Positions 25,901 to 32,000 of a DNA stretch of 32,000 nucleotides are shown here, one piece after another. The stretch's first letter is position 1, and each line of letters starts with the position of its first letter. The DNA lies in contig JAGFJD010000051.1 of the NCBI GenBank assembly GCA_024102975.1, positions 3,788 to 35,787 on the forward strand, given 5' to 3'. The notes under the pieces were generated by a model. It was given only the letters and a program-made list of their open reading frames with translations. It was not told the origin of the DNA and searched no databases. The stretch comes from Phaeodactylibacter sp. (GTDB lineage Bacteria > Bacteroidota > Bacteroidia > Chitinophagales > Saprospiraceae). A program made the position numbers and the translations under genes.

Positions 25901-27345
25901 TCGCCGTCGTATTCGTAGTAGAAGCTCAGGCCGTCGCGGTAGGTGAGTTGCACCATGAGCAGGCCTTCGTAGCGGTAGCGGAAGGCGTGGCCCAGGGCGT
26001 TGATGGCCGCCAGCAGGCGCCCCGCTTCGTCGTACTCGTAGCGCACGATGGGGAAGGTGGCGCCCTCCTTTTCCGGGTGGGGGGCGTGGATGGCTGTGAT
26101 GCGGCCAAAGGCGTCGGTATCCACCTGCAGGTGCCGCCCGGCGCTGTCGATGACTTCCCGGAGGGCCAGGTGGCCGTCGTAATTGAGCTGTATCCTGTTG
26201 CCGGAAGTGTCTTCCACCCGCGCCAGGGGCCAGTCGTCGCCGACGCCCTCGTGGAAGCGGTACAGGAAGCGCCTCTCGTCCCGAACGTAGTAGCCCTGTT
26301 CGTCCCGTCGAAGCTCCACCTTGTCCTGCCGGTCGAGGAAAGCTTCCCCAACTTCCAGTTGCGGGAAAAAGGCCAGGCGGCCATCGGCCAGGCGCAGTTT
26401 CATTACCAGGTACCCGTCGCGCATCTCCGGCGTGAGGGCCATGTCGTATTTGTGGTGCCAGCCGTAGCCCACCGGCCCCTGGTAATCGGAAGAAGTGTAG
26501 TAGATGCAATCCCAGTCGAGAGGCACCGGCCCGGGCAGGGAAAAGTCGTTGCGCTCGGCAGTCATCTTCCCACTGGCCAGGTCGATGGGCTCCAGGCCCA
26601 TTTTGCACATCCTGTTGCTGACCCGTTGGGCGAGGTTGCCCTCCTTGGCCATCTTCTTCAGGATTTTCTTGTTGATGAAGGTCGCCACCTTTCTCGCCGC
26701 TTTCCCCAGGAATTTGACCAGTTTTTTCATGGCGAACTGCATGGCGAAGCGCAGCACGAAGGCGCTCAGGGGCGCCGGCGCTGGCGGCCCGGAGGCCAGC
26801 ACCGGGAAGCCCATCGGCACAGCCATGACCACCCCGGCCACGAAGGTGAGCCCTTTGACGCCGCCTTTTTTGTCCTTGCCGGTAGGGGCGGGCGGCCCCA
26901 CGTCTGCGCAGCCCAGGGCGATGTCTCCCAGGCGGCTCAGGGGGTAGACCGAGGTTGGCGGCGGCGGTGGCGGCGGTGGCGGTGGCGGATAGCCCAGTTT
27001 TCCGGCTACCCAGCCGCCGGCCATGCCGGCCATTTGTGTGAGCGACATGGTAGCCCCGCCCACCGTGTAGCTGCCGGTCACCACTTCCCCTTTCATTTCC
27101 GGCGGCTTGGTAAAGGGGCCGGCGATGGGAAACTGGGGGAAGAACATGCATTCCGTCATCGGCTGCGCCGCCGGGATGCCGTTGACCATGACCGTTTGGC
27201 CGAAGATGGGGATATAATCGAAAGGGTCGAGGATCATTCCGGTGTAGACATGGGGCAGGGGGGTCGGCACCGGCGGCGTGCCCGGCACCAGGTTGATGTG
27301 GATGTCCATGCCCAGGACCATGTCCAAATGTTTGGCGGCTATCAC
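22984..27345 (-). CDS. Polymorphic T6SS effector: PAAR-like domain, Pro11 linker, hydrophobic segments, DUF6531-like plug, YD/Rhs repeat shell, Rhs core ending in DPLGL, and a 132-aa C-terminal toxin
   Basis: The N-terminus AAKHLDMVLGMDIHINLVPGTPPVPTPLPHVYTG...TVMVNGIPAA is PAAR-like. LEPIDLASGKMTAERNDFSLPGPVPLDWDCIYYTSS...GYGWHHKYD is the Rhs N-terminal plug. Many YD repeats follow (YEYDEAGRL, YKYDGRGNL, YRYNEYGQL and others). The core is GLYYNRFRYYDPESIQYISQDPIRIKGGLALYSYATDPNVLFDPLGL. The start is a GTG overlapping the upstream stop (GTGA); an alternative ATG lies 8 codons downstream. Confidence 0.9.
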   Translation of the reverse strand: MIAAKHLDMVLGMDIHINLVPGTPPVPTPLPHVYTGMILDPFDYIPIFGQTVMVNGIPAAQPMTECMFFPQFPIAGPFTKPPEMKGEVVTGSYTVGGATMSLTQMAGMAGGWVAGKLGYPPPPPPPPPPPTSVYPLSRLGDIALGCADVGPPAPTGKDKKGGVKGLTFVAGVVMAVPMGFPVLASGPPAPAPLSAFVLRFAMQFAMKKLVKFLGKAARKVATFINKKILKKMAKEGNLAQRVSNRMCKMGLEPIDLASGKMTAERNDFSLPGPVPLDWDCIYYTSSDYQGPVGYGWHHKYDMALTPEMRDGYLVMKLRLADGRLAFFPQLEVGEAFLDRQDKVELRRDEQGYYVRDERRFLYRFHEGVGDDWPLARVEDTSGNRIQLNYDGHLALREVIDSAGRHLQVDTDAFGRITAIHAPHPEKEGATFPIVRYEYDEAGRLLAAINALGHAFRYRYEGLLMVQLTYRDGLSFYYEYDGEGHDAKCTHSHGDGNIYNGNITYEEGKTTLERIVGHPDGHVEHFIETYYHDGAVVHHEVDALGNEKRYEYSEDYELLAEIDPLGHKTSYKYDGRGNLVQIAYPDDTKIKMRYSEEDLLVEAVDQIGGKWVWEYDERGRVVRRVDSMERVTEYRYNEYGQLIQLIDPAGGRTLVGYNARKEIDQLTTPDNASSRWRYDNLGRGIASIDPKGNIQRRIFDLLGQIIKVGEPNGNLRILEYDLQGNVVRVKDKQRDIHFEYAGLSQIKKRIENKTTITLKYNTDEQLVGIVNENGYAYKFDLDANGRVELESGFDKVKRFYQRDAAGRITKVTRASGIESTYDLDSVGQIRKCRHSNGEIEQFDYREDGELIHAANQNGIVFFEKDLMGQVITENQNGFLVHSQYDKLGFRSRISTSLGFNLDIRRNKMGDVLGLKTLGDSSLWEMQFKRDVLGFEVERLFSNGVKGKWERDQLGRPVQHKIFSKGGEIQRSRTYEWDISNRLKRVIDFGTEVTQFQHDDFGNLSAAVYPDGHYEYRLSDAVGNLFRKPDHSDRKYGPAGQLLEAEGTRYRYDSEGNLVEKNMVDGKTWRYTWNAVGMLAEVVRPDGEIVSFTYDALGRRISKNYRDAVTYWLWDGNVPIHEWVSNQPVSEKNPTLTELTLEETPEESWKDNEIVFFEKDNYDGGEQETIVIKEVQPKYTDTVVRPEEQPIPMPSPNAMVTWLFEPGTFVPIGKLTEQRQYSIQTDHLGTPISMHNEKGERIWAAFLNSYGKSNSLEGDVQMCPFRYPGQYEDAETGLYYNRFRYYDPESIQYISQDPIRIKGGLALYSYATDPNVLFDPLGLMDCARATKQAKKISEEAAGGKIRRSPDYHGRLDPDVEADILANPEKVFLSEGKNNRLIFYKEGNVVVTETGSRRGQVVTSYGDKGPKGESGAAIFGGNPSDPGPAINPADISSGNVPTPSGGTLPPATELSI

Positions 27346-28652
27346 GATGCGGTGGTTTTTAGGAGTTCCTGCCAGTTTTCGCCCAGCAATCCGGTAATTT
27401 CATTTTCCAGCTCGTACTTTTTCATGCCCGAATCTGCCCTGGCGTGGAGTTCCAGCAGCGCTTCGGCCACATAGGGCAGCGTAGTGGATGGCCGCATGGC
27501 GCTTTCCACCTTCTTGCCCGCCTCCAGGGCCTTGCGGTAGTATAGCCAGGCGTTGTCGTAGTCTTTGATATAGTGGTAGCAGAAGCCCGTCATGCGCCAG
27601 GCTTCCAGCTCGATATTCGGTTTTTCGATGGCGTGGGCGATGGGCCCCGCCAGGGCGTAAGTTTGGGCGCCGGTTTTGAAATCCTGCCGCCCGAGGTAAC
27701 AGCCGGCCTCGCCGATAATGGCCTGAGCTTCCAGTTGCCCGCCCATAGCGGCATCTTTTTCGGCGTGTTCCCTGGCCGCCTGCTGCGCCTGCCGGTAGGA
27801 TTGTATGGCGCTTTCGTAGTCCTTGATGCCGATGTAACCGTTGGCGAGGGTAAACAGGACGGCTACCTGCAGGTGGGGCCAGCCCTGGGCGGCGGCGATG
27901 GCCAGGGCCTCTTTGGCCAGGGCTGCCGCCTTGTCCATTTTCTGCTGCCCGGCGGCCTGGCCCAGGCCGAGCATGGCTTTCTGGAACTTAACCCCCGGCT
28001 CTTCTTCTCTGCCTTTGGAAGCCCGGGCAAGGATTTCCTGCATGGCCTCGCCCATGTCCAGGTCGGGTTCGAGTACCACCACCCTGTCCGGGTAATTGCC
28101 GATCAGTTCTCCCAGCAGCGGGGCCTGTGTTTCCTCCTTGAGCATGATCCGGATTTGATCTGGGATATCCATTTGTATCAGCCTTTCCAGCCATTTTACC
28201 CATTCTTTCGGGCTTTCGTTGTTCCGGGGCAGGAGGTAGGCGACGAAGTGGCCGTTCAAAATCTCCACCAGGCCGGCGAAATCGGCCAGCAGTTGCAGCC
28301 AGGCCCTGGTGTCTTTTATGTCGCCTATTTCCAGAGCGTCGATATCCACGCCCCCTTCTTCGAGGGAGGCCCGGCTGGTGGGGTGAGAAATGTGCGTCAG
28401 GAATTCCCTGATCAGCTCGAAAGCGTAGGTTTCCGGGTCTTTGAAATCGCTCTCAAAGGTGAGGAAAATAGAGGGCACGACGCCTTCTTCGGTATCTTCC
28501 ATATAAACCAGGGCATCGATCATCCGGGAGGCGTCCTGGCGGGCCTTCCAAATGCCGAACGGGGCGTCCGAGCTTTCTTCGAAGGCTTTCCATTGCTGCC
28601 CGAGTTGTTTGAGGCGAAGCGTGATAGGGTTGTCCTGAGACAATTCAGGCAT
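27342..28652 (-). CDS. TPR-like repeat protein with an unknown N-terminal domain; candidate effector-associated accessory protein
   Basis: A 436-aa protein whose stop overlaps the rhs GTG start. The C-terminal half has TPR-like helical hairpins (DYESAIQSYRQAQQAA, DFKTGAQTYALAG, DYDNAWLYYRKALEAG). I did not recognise the N-terminal ~200 aa. Confidence 0.6.
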   Translation of the reverse strand: MPELSQDNPITLRLKQLGQQWKAFEESSDAPFGIWKARQDASRMIDALVYMEDTEEGVVPSIFLTFESDFKDPETYAFELIREFLTHISHPTSRASLEEGGVDIDALEIGDIKDTRAWLQLLADFAGLVEILNGHFVAYLLPRNNESPKEWVKWLERLIQMDIPDQIRIMLKEETQAPLLGELIGNYPDRVVVLEPDLDMGEAMQEILARASKGREEEPGVKFQKAMLGLGQAAGQQKMDKAAALAKEALAIAAAQGWPHLQVAVLFTLANGYIGIKDYESAIQSYRQAQQAAREHAEKDAAMGGQLEAQAIIGEAGCYLGRQDFKTGAQTYALAGPIAHAIEKPNIELEAWRMTGFCYHYIKDYDNAWLYYRKALEAGKKVESAMRPSTTLPYVAEALLELHARADSGMKKYELENEITGLLGENWQELLKTTAS

Positions 28653-28689
28653 GATCGTTTGTTATTTGGTTAATTGGGTGCAAACAGCA

Positions 28690-28697
28690 CAAAATTA
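28690..28697 (-). promoter_or_regulatory. Candidate -7 box (TAATTTTG) for the TPR-rhs-immunity transcription unit
   Basis: The complement of 28690-28697 reads TAATTTTG, an exact fit to TAnnTTTG, 38 nt upstream of the ATG at 28652. No clear -33 TTTG occurs at standard spacing. Confidence 0.3.
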
Positions 28698-28873
28698 TGA
28701 AAAAAGGCGTTGCCGCGCCACCTTTTTTTGTCAAAAAGACAGCTTTGCCAGTTTTTATATTAGAACAATAAATATTTCTCATTTTTGAAATGTATTTGCC
28801 CGCCGGGCGGGCGTTTTTTGGAAATATTGCTTATTTTTTGGTTCTCAGCTAAAACCCCGATATTCCGTTTTCA

Positions 28874-30226
28874 ATGTTCAACCGGAAAAAAGACAAGATC
28901 GAGTTCACGGAGAAGGGCAAGGAGGAAATCACCATCCGCGACGCTTCCGGCGCGGGGCGGCCCACCATCGACCTCACCGATGCCGGCTCGGGGGGCCTCC
29001 TTTCCTTCCTTCGCAGGAACAAAGGCCCTGCCGTCGCCATTTCCGGTTTTGCCGTCTTTGCCTTCCTGGCCGTCCTTCTGTTCCGGTACGGGCGAGCGGA
29101 CGATGCCCCGGTGCCTTTCGAACAACACGCCATTATCGAAACGGCGCTCGACGAAGGACTGCCCATCGAAGGCTACCTCTCCCGCCTGTTGCGCCAGGAG
29201 GCCAAGGTGGAGCAACTGGCCGGGGCGGCCCGCAGGCTGGGCGTGGCCCGTCTTTCCCCGGGGACGAAAGCTCTGTTGTATTTCGAACGGATCACCGATC
29301 CCGAACCTTATCAGGCCCGCCTGTTCACCGGCCCGCAAACCTCCTTGCTGTTCGCTTTCGAAGGCGAAGGGCGGGTGGAACTGCTCAGCAACAAGCTGCT
29401 GAAATCCTACATCGCCGAACGGTGGGTGCTCGAAGCCGACATGCTGGACCTGATGACCGGCAAAAGCAGCCGCCTGAAAGCTCCCTGGGAACTCCTGTCC
29501 CGGACCGAAGAGATCCTCTCCTGGTCCATCGGCCTGCGCAACCTGCAGAAGGGCGACACCCTCTGCTGGGTGTGGGAGGCCCGGAAGTACGAGGGCGACC
29601 CCAGCTTCCGCAAGGCGTCCGTCGCCGGGCTCCAGCTGAGCGCCCGCTCGCTGGATACGGCCGTCTTCGCCATCCGGCCGGCCGGCAGCCGGGATACGGC
29701 CTTCTACGATTACGAGGGGCGGCCCCTCCGGCGGCAGTTCCTTCGCTCGCCGGTCCGGTACGGGCGGATTTCCTCCCGCTACAACCTCACCCGCCTGAAC
29801 CCCGTCCTGAAATACATCAAAGCCCACAAGGGCACGGATTTCGCAGCCCCTGAAGGCGCGGAGGTCTACGCTCTGGCCGACGGGGTGGTCGTCAAACGCG
29901 GCCTGTACGGCCCCAACGGCAACTATGTCAAGATCCGGCACGATTCGATCTACGCGACCGGCTACCTGCACTTGTCGCGGTTCGAAGACAGCGTACAGCC
30001 AGGCGATACGGTGCGGCAGGGGCAGGTCATCGGCTATGTCGGCCAGACGGGCTCGGCCACCGGCCCGCACGTGTGCCTGCGGTTCTGGCGGCGGGATTTT
30101 CAGGACGACTTTGTCCATGCTTTCCAGTATTTGCCCGAACCGCTGGCCCTTCCTCTTTTGGAAAGGCAACAATTTTATCAGGCCCGGGACAGCATCCTGT
30201 CGGCCATCCGGTCACTTGACAACTAA
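28874..30226 (+). CDS. Membrane-anchored M23 family peptidoglycan endopeptidase (MepM/Csd3-like architecture)
   Basis: A TM helix AVAISGFAVFAFLAVLLF lies near residue 55. The C-terminal M23 domain has HKGTDFAAPEGAEVYA, NGNYVKIRHDSIYATGYLHLS and GYVGQTGSATGPHVCLRF. The last motif is the HxH position, with the second His replaced by Cys. Confidence 0.85.
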   Translation: MFNRKKDKIEFTEKGKEEITIRDASGAGRPTIDLTDAGSGGLLSFLRRNKGPAVAISGFAVFAFLAVLLFRYGRADDAPVPFEQHAIIETALDEGLPIEGYLSRLLRQEAKVEQLAGAARRLGVARLSPGTKALLYFERITDPEPYQARLFTGPQTSLLFAFEGEGRVELLSNKLLKSYIAERWVLEADMLDLMTGKSSRLKAPWELLSRTEEILSWSIGLRNLQKGDTLCWVWEARKYEGDPSFRKASVAGLQLSARSLDTAVFAIRPAGSRDTAFYDYEGRPLRRQFLRSPVRYGRISSRYNLTRLNPVLKYIKAHKGTDFAAPEGAEVYALADGVVVKRGLYGPNGNYVKIRHDSIYATGYLHLSRFEDSVQPGDTVRQGQVIGYVGQTGSATGPHVCLRFWRRDFQDDFVHAFQYLPEPLALPLLERQQFYQARDSILSAIRSLDN

Positions 30227-31699
30227 GACAACCTCCAGTTTCCGGTTGTCGGCAATGCTGGGGTCGTAAACCACTTCCCGGCGCACATTCACGTTTTGCA
30301 GGGAAGGGATGTCGGCCCGGAACCGCTCAGCCAGGAAATGGAGCTTGGCGCCAGCCAGCTGGCTTTCGGTTAGCTCCTGGTTCGGGCGGATATTCTCCGT
30401 TTTTTGCATGGCGCCCGACTGCCAGTACTTCATGGTGAACGGGGCGCCGGTATAGAGTTCGTAGGAATTGTCTTCCAGCGGGTTCTTCACTTTCACCCGG
30501 AAGGTGACCTGGACCACCTGCGCTTTTTGCTTTTGAATGTCTTCCCGGTTGAGGCTTTCGATCGCCTCGAATAGTTTTGGCAGGGGGAACCGGCTGAGGA
30601 AATCCCCGTGTTCGAAATAATTGATGTAAGCGTCGATGCGCTCGGCGAAGCTGAACGTGACGAAGGTGAAGTCGGATTGCTCATTGGTGGTGCGGCTCAC
30701 GTCGAACCGCTCCCCGATGCCGGCATCGGCCAGCCGCTGCTTCAGGCATCCCTGGTCTTTCCAGCAGGCCATTTTGGGTGGCGGAGGCGGCTTTATCCCT
30801 TCTCCAAATACCAGTTCGGCGTCGAAGGCGGCCGAAGAGCCCAGCGGGCCGCCCGGTTCTACGAACAGGTTGACGCTGGAGCCTCTGCCGAAGTGGTAGC
30901 CGACGCCCCCGTAGACCAGGCTGGCGCGGCCGGTGCGCACGCCCAGGCGCACGCTGAAGGTTTCTTCCAGGAAGGACATGCCCAGGCCGAGGTCCACCAG
31001 TTGGCAGTTGCAGGAGTTTGCAGCGAACATCCCCTGGTAGCGGATAGAAGGGATGAAGTAGTTGCCGTCCGATACCCTGTATTTCAGGTTGCTCTGGATG
31101 AGCAGGGTATTGGCGATGTTGTACTCCGCCAGCATGGCGTTGGCGTTGGCGGGGCTGATGTCGAGCGTTGCCGGGAACTGGGGCAGGGCGACGTACAAAT
31201 TGAAAAAGGAATTGTCCTTGCCCAGATCGGCGTTGTAGTTGAGGCCCACCCCCAGGTTGACGTTGGAGGAGGAGGGCTCGCCGGCCAGCAGCGGGTCTTC
31301 CACGTTGGGCAGGCCGAAGCTCAGGTTCTGGTACCGGGCCGAGGCGCCCACGGAGAAGCGGTGCCGGCTATCCGGGTTGAGGTGAACGCTGGCGTTCAGG
31401 TTGAGGCGCAGGGTGTTGACCAGGCCTGCCTGGTCAAAGACTGCCGTGCCGCCGATGCCCAGGGAGCGGTTGAAAAAGGGATGGGCGGAAGAGATGAAAA
31501 AGCTCTGGGGCGCATCCTCCAGGTTGAACCACTTCCGGTAGGCGCCCAGGAAGAGGTGGTGCCGCCCGTCGAGGCCCATGGCCGCCGGGTTGTCCAGGAC
31601 ATGGCGGTGGGAGAGGGGCGAATAGATCTCAGAAGGCTGGGCCGAAAGCAGCGTGGAACCGGCCAGGAACAGTATGACAGAGAGTATGGAATGACGCAT
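30212..31699 (-). CDS. PorP/SprF family T9SS membrane protein with a ~190-aa C-terminal extension
   Basis: The signal peptide is MRHSILSVILFLAGSTLLSAQ. The PorP/SprF-like start is ...YSPLSHRHVLDNPAAMGL...LGAYRKWFNLEDAPQSFFIS. The beta-barrel-like region runs to about residue 300, followed by a KPPPPPK linker and an extra domain. It lies immediately downstream of a type-B T9SS cargo gene, the usual pairing. Confidence 0.8.
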   Translation of the reverse strand: MRHSILSVILFLAGSTLLSAQPSEIYSPLSHRHVLDNPAAMGLDGRHHLFLGAYRKWFNLEDAPQSFFISSAHPFFNRSLGIGGTAVFDQAGLVNTLRLNLNASVHLNPDSRHRFSVGASARYQNLSFGLPNVEDPLLAGEPSSSNVNLGVGLNYNADLGKDNSFFNLYVALPQFPATLDISPANANAMLAEYNIANTLLIQSNLKYRVSDGNYFIPSIRYQGMFAANSCNCQLVDLGLGMSFLEETFSVRLGVRTGRASLVYGGVGYHFGRGSSVNLFVEPGGPLGSSAAFDAELVFGEGIKPPPPPKMACWKDQGCLKQRLADAGIGERFDVSRTTNEQSDFTFVTFSFAERIDAYINYFEHGDFLSRFPLPKLFEAIESLNREDIQKQKAQVVQVTFRVKVKNPLEDNSYELYTGAPFTMKYWQSGAMQKTENIRPNQELTESQLAGAKLHFLAERFRADIPSLQNVNVRREVVYDPSIADNRKLEVVLVVK

Positions 31700-31718
31700 C
31701 GTCCAGGGGTTTGATGGG

Positions 31719-32000
31719 TTACTTAATGATGGTTAAGGCGCCGGTGGCCGAGAAGCCCTCCGGCCCTTTGATGACGTACCAGTAGGTGCCCGCGCCGGGG
31801 CAGTCCTCCCCGCACATCTCTACCGCATCGGCCACCGTGAACGTTTCCTGGCAGCCTCTCACGCACTCGCCGCCCCGGCTGTAGAGCTCGATCTCAAAAT
31901 CCGTGGGGTCGAACTGCATGTCGGGCCCGAGCTCGATCTCCCAGCACTGGTTGAATTCGTCGCCGTTGGCGGTCAGGACGTTGGGCACGAAAATCAGGCG
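31719..32000 (-). CDS. C-terminal end of a T9SS type-B sorting-domain (gliding-motility-associated CTD) cargo protein (partial; 5' part lies outside the window)
   Basis: The frame is open to the window edge (RLIFVPNVLTANGDEFNQCWEIE...IELYSRGGECV...GTYWYVIKGPEGFSATGALTIIK*). The PNV(L/F)TPNGDxxN...W...G.Y.Y pattern marks the type-B CTD. Confidence 0.8.
   Translation of the reverse strand, partial: RLIFVPNVLTANGDEFNQCWEIELGPDMQFDPTDFEIELYSRGGECVRGCQETFTVADAVEMCGEDCPGAGTYWYVIKGPEGFSATGALTIIK

Noticed and set aside
27304-27345. prePAAR motif (AARxxDxxxH) at the Rhs N-terminus
   Set aside because: AAKHLD matches the first half only. The His is displaced (DIH at +8) and no transmembrane segment separates it from the rest of the PAAR-like region. 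It is better read as the first strand of an ordinary PAAR-like domain.
25426-27474. 682-aa + strand ORF and a 501-aa alternative minus-frame ORF (25646-27151) within the high-GC part of rhs
   Set aside because: Only the 22984-27345 frame yields PAAR-like, DUF6531-like, YD-repeat and DPLGL-core motifs. The other frames are Arg/Pro/Gly-rich artefacts of high GC.
28871-30172. 433-aa minus-strand ORF opposite the membrane-anchored M23 gene
   Set aside because: The + strand frame contains the HxxxD and YLHL motifs, the HxH-position motif (here HxC) and a TM anchor. The minus frame has no recognisable features.
30212-30226. 15-nt convergent overlap of the M23 and PorP/SprF gene ends as a regulatory antisense feature
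   Set aside because: Short 3'-end overlaps of convergent genes are common in compact genomes, and no additional structure was seen.

Overview
This is a high-GC chromosomal window that looks Bacteroidota-like (T9SS cargo and PorP/SprF genes, TAnnTTTG-type promoter boxes, T6SS subtype iii gene set). Coordinates 1-6436 carry housekeeping and miscellaneous genes. These are a partial ABC exporter, an Upf1/DNA2-like SF1 helicase, a truncated T9SS-cargo pseudogene, a lower-GC AAA-ATPase-like/PD-(D/E)XK gene, and the rpsF-rpsR-rplI operon. Coordinates 6520-19793 hold a compact, co-directional 11-gene T6SS(iii) core on the minus strand: clpV-tssB-tssC-hcp-vgrG-tssE-tssF-tssG-tssN-tssK-tssO-like. Directly upstream and co-oriented (20171-28652) is an accessory effector region. 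It encodes a TPR protein translationally coupled to a 1453-aa PAAR-like/Rhs polymorphic toxin, whose 132-aa C-terminal tip I cannot place in a named toxin family. A coupled 251-aa putative immunity gene follows, then two small leaderless peptidoglycan hydrolases (M23 and CHAP-like), a 52-aa membrane peptide and a 178-aa helical unknown. The rhs gene is a compositional mosaic: its 5' ~40% is about 60-70% GC, while the rest of the shell, the toxin tip and the immunity gene are about 35-47% GC. Two arrays of a 10-bp-phased RTGGAAAT repeat, in inverted orientation about 20.8 kb apart, bracket the region containing the T6SS core. Several intergenic heptamer tandem repeats and a 116-bp perfect-armed palindromic element are also present. 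The right end holds a membrane-anchored M23 peptidase, a PorP/SprF protein with an extra C-terminal domain, and the tail of a T9SS type-B cargo gene. All family assignments come from motif recognition by eye; no database searches were run.
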